This document shows positions 1 through 6,936 of a stretch of DNA of 18,871 nt, piece by piece; the first letter of the stretch is position 1; every line of letters starts with the position of its first letter. The translations under genes were made by a program, and so were the position numbers. This DNA comes from Nitrosospira multiformis ATCC 25196. GTDB taxonomy: Bacteria; Pseudomonadota; Gammaproteobacteria; Burkholderiales; Nitrosomonadaceae. The stretch is from positions 1 through 18,871 of the forward strand of contig NC_007615.1 of the NCBI RefSeq assembly GCF_000196355.1, read 5' to 3'. The notes beneath the pieces were generated by a model. That model made no database searches. It saw nothing but the letters and a program-made list of their open reading frames with translations, and was not told the origin of the DNA.

Positions 1-81
1 TCCAAAGTCCGAGGTTTGGCTCCCACATGTCCGAGGTTTGGCTCCCAATAAGTCCGAGGTTTGGCTCCCAGTTCGATTTTA

Positions 82-110
82 CAGGGTGATTTTTTTAAAA
101 AATTACCCTG
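82..110. repeat. A/T-centred imperfect palindrome between iteron clusters
   Basis: CAGGGTGATTTTTTT / AAAAAATTACCCTG. The arms are reverse complements apart from one G/A mismatch and one extra central T. Confidence 0.7.
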
Positions 111-178
111 ATTTTCACTCCAAAGTCCGAGGTTTGGCTCCCACATGTCCGAGGTTTGGCTCCCAATTCACTTTTTAA

Positions 179-187
179 TGTGGATAA
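179..187. promoter_or_regulatory. DnaA box (TGTGGATAA, complement of TTATCCACA)
   Basis: Exact 9-mer match to the DnaA box consensus, located between iterons 5 and 6. Confidence 0.6.
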
Positions 188-321
188 AACAGGTTAAAAG
201 TCCGAGGTTTGGCTCCCAATTCAACTCTTCACAGGTAGTTTTTACCTCAAAGTCCGAGGTTTGGCTCCCAATTAAAACCAAAAAATTTCTATAAGAATTT
301 GAATAATAAAAATATTTTACC

Positions 322-330
322 TGTGGATAA
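322..330. promoter_or_regulatory. DnaA box (TGTGGATAA)
   Basis: Exact 9-mer in the A/T-rich stretch next to the iterons, in the same orientation as the other boxes. Confidence 0.6.
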
Positions 331-386
331 CTCCCTATTCTTTTCTTCTTTTAATCATATAAATATATTAGTCTTGTAATACCCAT

Positions 387-395
387 TGTGGATAA
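387..395. promoter_or_regulatory. DnaA box (TGTGGATAA)
   Basis: Exact 9-mer in the same orientation, 65 bp from the previous box. Confidence 0.6.
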
Positions 396-696
396 CCTCA
401 AAAGTGACACCATCAATTTTCATTGAACAACTATAGCTTAACAAGAAAGAAACAATCTCACTGCCAGCAAACTCTCTAGGAATCAAAATAAAGCCATTCT
501 GACGCTATAAAAAGAAGCTGAAGCACCAACCCCTACAGACAAGAATAAAAAACGCTCCTATGGGCTTTATTTTGCGTTTAACAAGGCATTTGAAAATGAG
601 CTTTTCCTTACCATCAAATTTCCGGTCCAATCATCAGCACACAATCCCCAAAACTGTCAGTCATATCACTAACTAAAACGCGAATTACTAATTTCT

Positions 697-725
697 TTGA
701 CAACCATAAAGAAGAGTAGCAAGAT
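697..725 (+). promoter_or_regulatory. Candidate sigma70 promoter for the mob operon
   Basis: TTGACA at 697-702, a 17-nt spacer, then a weak -10 CAAGAT at 720-725. The predicted start falls inside the first inverted repeat of the oriT candidate. Confidence 0.3.
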
Positions 726-845
726 GTGGAAATGTCCGACAAAAAAGCGTTTGTCTACCAATTTCCATCTTGGCAAGGGGGAAGTGCTGCGCTTTCCCCC
801 GTTGCATCCCCCATAGCCCTAACACTTCGCATTAAGAGGAAGTGC
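723..845 (+). promoter_or_regulatory. Candidate oriT / relaxosome assembly region
   Basis: Three inverted repeats lie directly upstream of mobC. IR1 is GATGTGGAAAT (723-733) / ATTTCCATC (761-769) with nested GACAAA (738-743) / TTTGTC (750-755). IR2 is GGGGGAA (777-783) / TTCCCCC (794-800). IR3 is CACTTC (823-828) / GAAGTG (838-843). GAAGTGCT occurs twice (781-788 and 838-845). ATAGCCCT at 813-820 loosely recalls the GCGCCCT nick core of MOBQ oriTs. The nick site is not identifiable with confidence. Confidence 0.4.
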
Positions 846-849
846 TTCA

Positions 850-1188
850 ATGCCTCGACCGAAAAAAGAGCAAGCACAAAAACGTCCCCATCGGATAAGT
901 ATTCGCTTATCCGATGATGAGCTTTTACACATCAGAGAAAGGGCAAATCAGGCAGGAGGCTCCACCAGCAAATATCTTCGCAAGGCAGCATTATCTGGAA
1001 AAGTTGTCATACAGCAGAAAACCGGCAATGGGCCAATAGTGCGTCAGCTCTTAGGGATTGGAAATAACCTGAACCAGTTGACGCGCATGGCACATATTCA
1101 TGGTGGCCATGACAGGGAGAAACTTCGGGAGGTTTTAAACGATGTTCAAACCGTGGTGATGAGATTTATCGATGATAGTCAAGATTAA
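850..1188 (+). CDS. mobC: MobC-family relaxosome accessory protein (ribbon-helix-helix)
   Basis: The N-terminus is RHH-like (RISIRLSDDELLHIRERA) and the protein carries the GNNLNQLTRMAH motif typical of MobC mobilisation proteins. An AAGAGGAAG RBS sits at 834-842. The gene overlaps the relaxase gene by 17 nt. Confidence 0.8.
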   Translation: MPRPKKEQAQKRPHRISIRLSDDELLHIRERANQAGGSTSKYLRKAALSGKVVIQQKTGNGPIVRQLLGIGNNLNQLTRMAHIHGGHDREKLREVLNDVQTVVMRFIDDSQD

Positions 1189-2368
1189 CCGCCGAGGGCA
1201 TAGCTTTAAGGGAGTAGTCTCTTATCTTATGCATGATAAGGATGCTACTAGCGCAGAACGGGTAGCGTGGTGGGAAACGGGCAACCTACTTACTAATGAC
1301 CCAAAAGAGGCAGCCAAGGTAATGGCCTACACTGATATGAATTCTGAACAATTGAAACGGGATAACCAAGGTAGCTTAGCAGGCCGTCAGGCTACGGCAG
1401 GCGCGGTATATCATTATTCTCTGTCATGGGCACATGGTGAAAATCCCAACCCTGAGCAGCAAAAGACGGAAGCAAAAGCAACCCTTGAACAGCTAGGGCT
1501 GGATAAGCACCAATATCTCATGGTTGCCCATAATGATACGCAACACGCGCATTTACATATCGTGGTTAATCTCACTGACCAGGAAACCGGCAAACGCAAT
1601 ATACCTAGTTACGACAAACGGGAATTGCAAAGTTGGGCCTTGGAGTATGAACGCACCCACGGGATATATTGTGACCAGCGGGTAGAAAACGTGCATAAAC
1701 GCGAGCAGGGCAACCCCACCAAATACCGGGACGAAAAGCAGAGCTATGCCGGAAGGGTTACTGAAGCTTATAAGCAGGCAGATAGTGGTAAGGCTTTCGC
1801 AGCAGCTCTTGAAACCCACGGTTTAACCCTTGCCCAGGGACGGCGAGGCGGCTTGGTGATTGTTGACATGCAGGGCGATATCCAGAAACTGGCCCGTCAG
1901 ATTGACGGTGCAAGCACGAAGGAAATTAAGGCGCGCCTTTCCGACCTTGACATAGACAGCCTGCCCCTGGCTAATGAGCTGGCAAAAAAGCGACAGGAAA
2001 CAACCCTGCCTGAGCAAGCGGAACCACAAGCGCAGGCAACACCTCCGGCAAGCGCGGTACGACAGCCAGCCAATATTTATGAATACAAAGAGGCAATACA
2101 GGGCAACAACAATCCTCCACCTGCCAGCCTGAATGAATTTTCATCAATGGTTACAAAAACCATGCAGGAAAATAATGGTGAACTTCACATGAATGACGGC
2201 CTTACCTGGTGGCAACGGCCTGTAGTCAGTCAGGCAATGCGGGATTGGGCTATAGAAACAGCAAAAGAAATCCTGGACATGGCCAAGGACAAATGGCAGG
2301 AATTTGTCAGGCGCTTTGATACCGGCCCTGAAAATCATGAGCGTGACGGACATGAAAGGGAAAGGTAA
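1172..2368 (+). CDS. mobA: Relaxase / mobilisation nuclease (MobA/VirD2-type, MOBQ-like)
   Basis: The N-terminus MIVKINRRGHSFKGVVSYLMHDK has candidate catalytic Tyr18. The histidine-triad motif H120-N-D-TQ-H-A-H-L-H-IVVN is encoded at 1529-1570 (HxDx3HxH). The position after mobC is typical. The C-terminal half is low-complexity and unassigned. Confidence 0.88.
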   Translation: MIVKINRRGHSFKGVVSYLMHDKDATSAERVAWWETGNLLTNDPKEAAKVMAYTDMNSEQLKRDNQGSLAGRQATAGAVYHYSLSWAHGENPNPEQQKTEAKATLEQLGLDKHQYLMVAHNDTQHAHLHIVVNLTDQETGKRNIPSYDKRELQSWALEYERTHGIYCDQRVENVHKREQGNPTKYRDEKQSYAGRVTEAYKQADSGKAFAAALETHGLTLAQGRRGGLVIVDMQGDIQKLARQIDGASTKEIKARLSDLDIDSLPLANELAKKRQETTLPEQAEPQAQATPPASAVRQPANIYEYKEAIQGNNNPPPASLNEFSSMVTKTMQENNGELHMNDGLTWWQRPVVSQAMRDWAIETAKEILDMAKDKWQEFVRRFDTGPENHERDGHERER

Positions 2369-2370
2369 CC

Positions 2371-2787
2371 ATGATTGATTCCTTCGATGAGTTCCGCAAA
2401 CAGGGCATGGCTCAGGCAAGTCAGGAGAAAGCAGCTCCCGACCTTGTTATTAACCGTCCTGCGCGTCAACCTTACGAAGCTTTCGCGGCCAAGGATAAGG
2501 TGCTGCGTCTCGATATCCGCTGCCCCAGCAGCGATATGGGGCATAGCCTGCCCTACAACTACATTACCAATATTACCTACAAACTCAGCGATTACAGCGA
2601 GATTTTCCTCACTGTCAGTGGAATAACAGTAACTATTACCGGCAAAAACCTGCGTCCTGTTGTAGAAGCGCTAAAACTGCATACCTGCGAGTTTATCCAG
2701 GAATATAGCTCTGATAAATTTATAGAACATGGTGACAGGAACAAGCCCTTTGTCAGCAGCATAACCATAGCAGTTATTGGCAGATAA
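2371..2787 (+). CDS. Hypothetical protein (138 aa) in the mob operon
   Basis: The ORF starts 3 nt after the relaxase stop, with GGAAAGG upstream, on the same strand as the tightly packed operon. I recognise no motif. Confidence 0.6.
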   Translation: MIDSFDEFRKQGMAQASQEKAAPDLVINRPARQPYEAFAAKDKVLRLDIRCPSSDMGHSLPYNYITNITYKLSDYSEIFLTVSGITVTITGKNLRPVVEALKLHTCEFIQEYSSDKFIEHGDRNKPFVSSITIAVIGR

Positions 2788-2820
2788 AGCAGGAAAGACT
2801 ACAGAAAAAGGAGAAAAAAA

Positions 2821-3054
2821 GTGAAAAAAGATAGCCTTATGGAAGAGTTTGTTGCTGGAGTAACCGGGGCAATTAATGACATACGGGAAAAAGTTGTTGA
2901 GGAAGGGTGGTTCGGTCGTACTGTAACAACCTCATCACCGGAAGCAGGTTCCAGCAATGCAATTGACACTTGGGAGTCCTATGTGCAGCAGGCGCAACGT
3001 AATGCCCCCGCTGAAAAAGAAGAGATTGCTCCAGGAAATGACATTGACCGTTAG
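2821..3054 (+). CDS. Hypothetical small acidic protein (77 aa, GTG start)
   Basis: An AGGAG RBS at 2809-2813 precedes the GTG at 2821. The ORF fills the gap between flanking operon genes. No recognisable motif. Confidence 0.5.
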   Translation: MKKDSLMEEFVAGVTGAINDIREKVVEEGWFGRTVTTSSPEAGSSNAIDTWESYVQQAQRNAPAEKEEIAPGNDIDR

Positions 3055-3065
3055 CAGGAGCGGCC

Positions 3066-4604
3066 ATGTCCTTTGCAAGCAGCCTGGATACTCCACTACT
3101 GAATCTCTCAGCAAAAGACTCTTTCACCCTGCGCGATGCCTGTAATGGCGTTCATATTTTCGGAGGAATAGGCTCCGGTAAAACCAGCGGTTCAGGAAAA
3201 ACTCTCGCCGGCGCTTATTTGCGTGCCGGCATGGGGGGCCTGGTGCTATGCGCCAAGCCCGAGGAAGTGAATCTCTGGCTTGATTACGCTAACCAGCATG
3301 GACGGCGCAGGTCAGTAATCCTGTTCGATGAAAACGGGGGATTCAACTTCATTGACTACGAGCTGGCACGACAGGGAACAAAGGGCATCAGCAACGTTAC
3401 CGAGTGTTTGTTGCGGGTACTGGAAGCCGCCGACCAGGCCACCGGCAGGCATGGAGGAACATCCGACCAGTTTTGGGTCGATGCTATCCGCCAGATCCTC
3501 AATTACACCATACCCGCCATTTATTCAGCTTACGCCAGGGTAACAGTCAGTGACATCATTTACTTTGTCAGCTCCGCCTCTACAAAACCCGAGCAACTGG
3601 CTGATGATAATTGGGTAGCTGAGAGCTATTACGCCCGGACCTTGCGCCGTGTCATAGAAAATCCGAAAGTGCCGATAGAGGAGAATGCCAGGCAATCCTT
3701 GCTTCACTACTGGTCCACGCAATATCCGGCTATTCCTGAAAAAACCAGGGGCAATATGGTGATTTCCCTGTCCACCCGGCTTGACCGCTTCCGGCATGGG
3801 AGCCTGCAAAAGTCGTTTTGCGGGAATACGGACATAGTTCCTGAAATGACCTTTCATGGGGCAATCATCATCATGAACATGCCAGCCCTGACCTGGAATG
3901 AAGATGGCATTATCGGCCAGCAGCTTTTCAAATTCATGTGGCAGCGGGCGGTTGAATCACGCAATGGGCTGGATAAAACCCAGCATGAACGCCCCGTATT
4001 TCTCTGGGCGGATGAGGCGCAGTATTTTACGAATCTGAAGGACGACCAGTTTTTATCAACCTGCCGCGGCTCCAGAGCCTGCGTGGTATTTCTGACTCAG
4101 ACCCTGCCCAGTTACTACGCGGTTTTTGGTAGGGATAAAAGCGATGCCGCTGACGGGCTGGTAGGAAAATTCAATACCCAGATATTTCACCAAAATGCCT
4201 GCAACCGAACCAACCACTTCGCATCCGAGATGATTGGGCGCGCGCTCCAGCTCCGCAACACAACGGGCAGGAGCACCGGAACCAGCCAGTCGGAGGGTTT
4301 GAGCCAGGGTAGCAGTGAAACCTCCGGCCATACGCGCGGAAATAGCGGTTACGGTAAATCAGGTGGAAGCGGGGAAAATATCGGGAGCAATATAGGTATG
4401 GGAAGAACCGAAACCTTCAGCACCGGTGCTAGCGAGCAGATGGATTATCTGGTTCAGCCAATGTTTTTTGCCAGCAATCTTAAGTCAGGAGGCAAAAAAC
4501 ATGGCAATCAGGTTTCCGCCCTGTGGTTTAAGGTGGGGGGCCATTTTCAGAACGCAATCGGCGCTAAAGGCGGCAATACGCTGCATGTTACTTTCAGACA
4601 ATGA
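3066..4604 (+). CDS. TraG/TraD/VirD4-like coupling-protein ATPase lacking an N-terminal membrane anchor
   Basis: Walker A is GGIGSGKT (residues 33-40, nt 3162-3185), followed by a second SGSGKT. The Walker B-like motif is VFLWADEAQ (D316-E317 at 4011-4016). FLTQTLPSYYAVFG and NHFASEMIGR resemble the conserved post-Walker-B motifs of T4CPs. A Gly/Ser-rich tract spans residues about 398-457. An AGGAG RBS lies 5 nt upstream. No hydrophobic helices are present. Confidence 0.6.
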   Translation: MSFASSLDTPLLNLSAKDSFTLRDACNGVHIFGGIGSGKTSGSGKTLAGAYLRAGMGGLVLCAKPEEVNLWLDYANQHGRRRSVILFDENGGFNFIDYELARQGTKGISNVTECLLRVLEAADQATGRHGGTSDQFWVDAIRQILNYTIPAIYSAYARVTVSDIIYFVSSASTKPEQLADDNWVAESYYARTLRRVIENPKVPIEENARQSLLHYWSTQYPAIPEKTRGNMVISLSTRLDRFRHGSLQKSFCGNTDIVPEMTFHGAIIIMNMPALTWNEDGIIGQQLFKFMWQRAVESRNGLDKTQHERPVFLWADEAQYFTNLKDDQFLSTCRGSRACVVFLTQTLPSYYAVFGRDKSDAADGLVGKFNTQIFHQNACNRTNHFASEMIGRALQLRNTTGRSTGTSQSEGLSQGSSETSGHTRGNSGYGKSGGSGENIGSNIGMGRTETFSTGASEQMDYLVQPMFFASNLKSGGKKHGNQVSALWFKVGGHFQNAIGAKGGNTLHVTFRQ

Positions 4605-5188
4605 AACCCCATCCTTTTATCTTTCTGATAGGTAGCAATGCTATATGCGCTCTGCTGCTGATTGCGCTAGGGGCGGTGATATTTGACTGGTCACAGGGGA
4701 TACCGCAAAACCCCCTGGTTATCGCCTCTTTATTCGCTCTCGCTATTTATTCTTTTCGCGCTAACCAGCGCGTCACGGCTTATAAGAAATTCCAGGGCGA
4801 ATGGGATGCTATCGGTGGAAAACAGCTTAAGCCCAGGCGTAAATCGCAAATAGTCGCTGCGGTTTTTCTATGGCTGATTTCGCTTTACATTCTTCTTAAG
4901 ACTCCCCGCGAAAGCGACCGGCTTCTTTATGACCTGGTGTTGGGTGTCTTTTTTATTCCTTTTACCCTGTGGTTTTGCTACCTGTTTCTGCACAACTTTC
5001 CCGGATTGGCGGTTAATCTCTTCCGTCGTGGCAAAAGCCGAAGCCATACTCCAAAGGATTATATTGTCAGCCACTGCCAGTCAGTACCCAGGAGCGCGGC
5101 AGTAGCAGCGCAGATAAACCGGAATCTTCCCGGTTACTGCAAATCATTACTGGAACAGAAGCAGAATCCAGCCAGGGAAAATAAATAA
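4601..5188 (+). CDS. Integral membrane protein (about four TM helices), translationally coupled to the ATPase
   Basis: The start overlaps the stop of the upstream ATPase gene (ATGA). Hydrophobic stretches are FIFLIGSNAICALLLIALGAVIF, LVIASLFALAIYSF, IVAAVFLWLISLYILL and LVLGVFFIPFTLWFCYLFL. The C-terminal tail is basic. Confidence 0.65.
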   Translation: MKPHPFIFLIGSNAICALLLIALGAVIFDWSQGIPQNPLVIASLFALAIYSFRANQRVTAYKKFQGEWDAIGGKQLKPRRKSQIVAAVFLWLISLYILLKTPRESDRLLYDLVLGVFFIPFTLWFCYLFLHNFPGLAVNLFRRGKSRSHTPKDYIVSHCQSVPRSAAVAAQINRNLPGYCKSLLEQKQNPARENK

Positions 5189-5207
5189 AGCAGGACTTTC
5201 CCACCGC

Positions 5208-5246
5208 GCCGCACGCTCTTGCCCTATATAGGGGGCTGCGAGCGGC
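5208..5246. terminator. Imperfect GC-rich hairpin between the convergent mob operon and parE
   Basis: GCCGCACGCTCTTGCCCTA ... TAGGGGGCTGCGAGCGGC, with paired blocks GCCGC, CGC and CCCTA. There is no clear U-tract. Confidence 0.25.
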
Positions 5247-5287
5247 CCCGTGGAAAAGTCTCTATCCTTGGTTCCTAACTTTCGCTT

Positions 5288-5632
5288 TCAATCCCCTTCA
5301 AACCCACCATCCGCAATATTTGTGAAAAGGAGAATTTCCTCTTCCAGATTCTGTTCAATATCCATATTCTGGTGCGGAATGCCAATAATCTCTATTGTGC
5401 TTTCAACTACCCGGTAAAATATTATGTGGCTGCCTTCCTTGAAACTGCGGTAGCCTTCCTTTACTTCATCTCTTGCCCGTCCCAGCATGGGGTTGTCTGC
5501 CAGCCAGCGCATCCGTTCGCGAAGTTCCAGGGTGTACTTGTCGGCTTGGGATTTTCCCCATTTCTGGATCGTGTATTTACGTATGTTGGTGATATCGGTT
5601 TTTGCGGCCGGCGAGAGGATGTAACGTTTCAT
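5288..5632 (-). CDS. parE: ParE/RelE-family type II toxin
   Basis: MKRYILSPAAKTDITNIRKYT...WGKSQADKY...LADNPMLGRARDEV..GYRSF..GSHIIFYRV is a typical ParE pattern. The start overlaps the stop of the upstream antitoxin gene (ATGA). Confidence 0.88.
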   Translation of the reverse strand: MKRYILSPAAKTDITNIRKYTIQKWGKSQADKYTLELRERMRWLADNPMLGRARDEVKEGYRSFKEGSHIIFYRVVESTIEIIGIPHQNMDIEQNLEEEILLFTNIADGGFEGD

Positions 5633-5886
5633 GCTTCACTTAACAGTTCGGCAAAAACTGCTTCGCCGTCCACCCCTTCCCCCCTGTTTAGCTGTCCCTC
5701 ACCTACAGCCAGTTTCGCCTGCAACCTTTCAAGTTTCATCTGTTGGTATTCCCGGGCTGACATAACCACGGCAACAGCTCGCCCATGTTTTTCAATGGTA
5801 AGTGGTTCCCGCTGAACGGTGTCCAGCATTTCTCCAAAATTATTTTTTGCCTCTTTGGCAGCAATAGCTTTCATATAAAACCCCAT
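5629..5886 (-). CDS. phd: Phd/YefM-family antitoxin
   Basis: KAIAAKEAKNNFGEMLDTVQREPLTIEKHGRAVAVVMSAREYQQM is a typical Phd/YefM N-terminal domain. The true start may be the second Met (5874). The gene is operonic with parE. Confidence 0.85.
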   Translation of the reverse strand: MGFYMKAIAAKEAKNNFGEMLDTVQREPLTIEKHGRAVAVVMSAREYQQMKLERLQAKLAVGEGQLNRGEGVDGEAVFAELLSEA

Positions 5887-5903
5887 AAATAGCTCTTATA
5901 GCC

Positions 5904-5917
5904 ATAATAGCTATTAT
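5904..5917. promoter_or_regulatory. Candidate Phd-ParE operator palindrome
   Basis: A perfect 14-bp palindrome ATAATAGCTATTAT lies 18 bp upstream of the phd ORF start. A degenerate second copy AAATAGCTCTTAT is at about 5887-5899. Confidence 0.5.
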
Positions 5918-6135
5918 ATCTATTGATGCAAGCAAAAAATTTTGGAGGATAGGATTATCGACGAGCTGGAGCTGGATTGCTGACACTACGAATCGGATAC
6001 AATCGGGTGAAGACGAAATACGTGGCCTTGAGCGAGGTTGCTATCAAGGGTGAGAAATCATCACAAAGGCCAGCCCTTGGAAGCTAGTCTTTGTTTTTAT
6101 ATGAGCTTCAAAATTTAGCAGGAGATAAACTCTCC

Positions 6136-6166
6136 TTGACATTTTATGTTAGTTCCGCCATATTAT
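6136..6166 (+). promoter_or_regulatory. Candidate promoter of the higBA-like operon
   Basis: TTGACA at 6136-6141 is followed by CATATT (6159-6164, 17-nt spacer) or TATTAT (6161-6166). The -10 ends only 5-7 nt before the annotated ATG at 6171, and there is no Shine-Dalgarno sequence. Confidence 0.4.
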
Positions 6167-6170
6167 AAAG

Positions 6171-6557
6171 ATGCAGGATGTAAGAAAAACAATAAAACCT
6201 GTGGAGTGGGTCGGCTCAAGTTTCAGGGATTTCCGCGCGTTTCCTGATGCGGTCAAAGATGAAATGGGCTATGCGCTACACCAAGCTCAAATAGGTGGCA
6301 AAAGCCTCAGTGCTAAACCGCTTCAGGGGTTTGGGGGAGCCGGTGTTCTTGAAATTGTGACTAATGAGATGGGAGATACGTTTCGCGCTGTTTATACGGT
6401 GAAATTCGCAACGGCCATCTATGTGCTGCACGCTTTTCAAAAGAAATCGAAAAGTGGAATTAAAACACCTGCTGAAGACATGAAACTGATTGAACAAAGA
6501 TTCAAAGCAGCGGAAGCCGATTACAGGCTTCAACTTGAAAAAGGAAAAATATCATGA
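6171..6557 (+). CDS. higB: HigB/Gp49-like (RelE/ParE superfamily) toxin
   Basis: KPVEWVGSSFRDFRAFPDAVKDEMGYALHQAQ...GAGVLEIV...FRAVYTVKFATAIYVLHAFQKKSKSGIKTP matches the phage Gp49/HigB-like family pattern closely. The toxin-first gene order and the ATGA overlap with the antitoxin gene fit this family. Confidence 0.88.
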   Translation: MQDVRKTIKPVEWVGSSFRDFRAFPDAVKDEMGYALHQAQIGGKSLSAKPLQGFGGAGVLEIVTNEMGDTFRAVYTVKFATAIYVLHAFQKKSKSGIKTPAEDMKLIEQRFKAAEADYRLQLEKGKIS

Positions 6558-6907
6558 CTCAAGATATTGAAAACACCATTGTGCGCGGTTCCGAAAACCT
6601 TTTTGCAGACCTTGGTTATGCCGACGCTGAAACACATCTGCTTAAAGCTGGACTGGTGAACCGTATTCAGGAAGTTATCAACGAACAAAAAATGACACAA
6701 ACCGTTGCAGCCAAACGTATGGGGCTTAGTCAACCAGATGTGTCACGCCTGCTCAAGGGACATTTCCGCGATATATCCGTAGAACGCCTGATGCGGCTGT
6801 TGACCCGGCTTGGTTGTGAGATTGACATTGTCATCCGGGAGCAAGGTAAAAAAACTTCCCGCCGTAATACCATCCATCTAGGAATGGACGTCAACGTTAC
6901 GGCTTAA
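6554..6907 (+). CDS. higA: XRE-family HTH antitoxin (HigA-like)
   Basis: NLFADLGYADAE...MTQTVAAKRMGLSQPDVSRLLKGHFRDISVERLMRLLTRLGCEIDIVI is the typical partner of Gp49/HigB-like toxins. Confidence 0.85.
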   Translation: MTQDIENTIVRGSENLFADLGYADAETHLLKAGLVNRIQEVINEQKMTQTVAAKRMGLSQPDVSRLLKGHFRDISVERLMRLLTRLGCEIDIVIREQGKKTSRRNTIHLGMDVNVTA

Positions 6908-6936
6908 TTTCTTAAGGGTGGGGTGAACGTACCATT

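Larger units (their letters stand above)
7..270 (+). repeat. Iteron array: seven exact direct copies of the 19-bp unit GTCCGAGGTTTGGCTCCCA
   Basis: Exact copies at 7-25, 29-47, 52-70, 125-143, 147-165, 200-218 and 252-270, all in the same orientation. Start-to-start spacing is 22-23 bp inside the clusters, the classic iteron phasing. The 49-nt two-iteron block 1-49 is repeated exactly at 119-167. Confidence 0.92.
1..420. other. Vegetative replication origin (oriV) region: iteron array, A/T-rich stretch and DnaA boxes
   Basis: Seven iterons lie within 7-270. Three exact TGTGGATAA DnaA-box matches are at 179-187, 322-330 and 387-395. The stretch 270-370 is strongly A/T-rich and there is no credible ORF. 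The region sits immediately downstream of the Rep gene if the window is circularised. Confidence 0.8.

Noticed and set aside
7-270. Could the regularly repeated 19-mers be a CRISPR array?
   Set aside because: The repeats are only 19 bp long. The spacers are 3-4 bp inside the clusters and irregular elsewhere (54, 34 and 33 bp). There are no cas genes. The adjacent Rep gene, DnaA boxes and A/T-rich stretch fit an iteron origin.
726-917. A 63-aa ORF upstream of and overlapping mobC
   Set aside because: It spans the inverted-repeat region and the mobC start, has no RBS, and its composition is not protein-like. The region is better explained as oriT and promoter.
5372-5815. A 147-aa plus-strand ORF across the parE/phd locus
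   Set aside because: It is antisense to two ORFs with strong family signatures and an ATGA-coupled operon structure, and it has no RBS or motif.
5908-5916. The shared 9-mer TAGCTATTA in the phd operator palindrome and in the par repeat region (16698-16706), suggesting cross-regulation
   Set aside because: The motif is short, A/T-rich and palindrome-derived. A single shared 9-mer between two AT-rich regulatory regions is compatible with chance, and no further flanking similarity exists.
5918-5927. ATCTATTGAT, and TCAATAGT at 16561-16568, as possible second copies of the recombinase palindrome arm (which would define a recombination cassette)
   Set aside because: The matches are only 8-10 nt, one of them gapped. 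That is the number expected by chance in a 19-kb window on two strands. Neither has a partner arm or spacer.
5930-6130. A 200-bp noncoding stretch between phd and higB as a possible ncRNA or gene remnant
   Set aside because: I found no convincing stem-loops, repeats, promoter-terminator pair or reading frame, so there is nothing I can support from the sequence alone.
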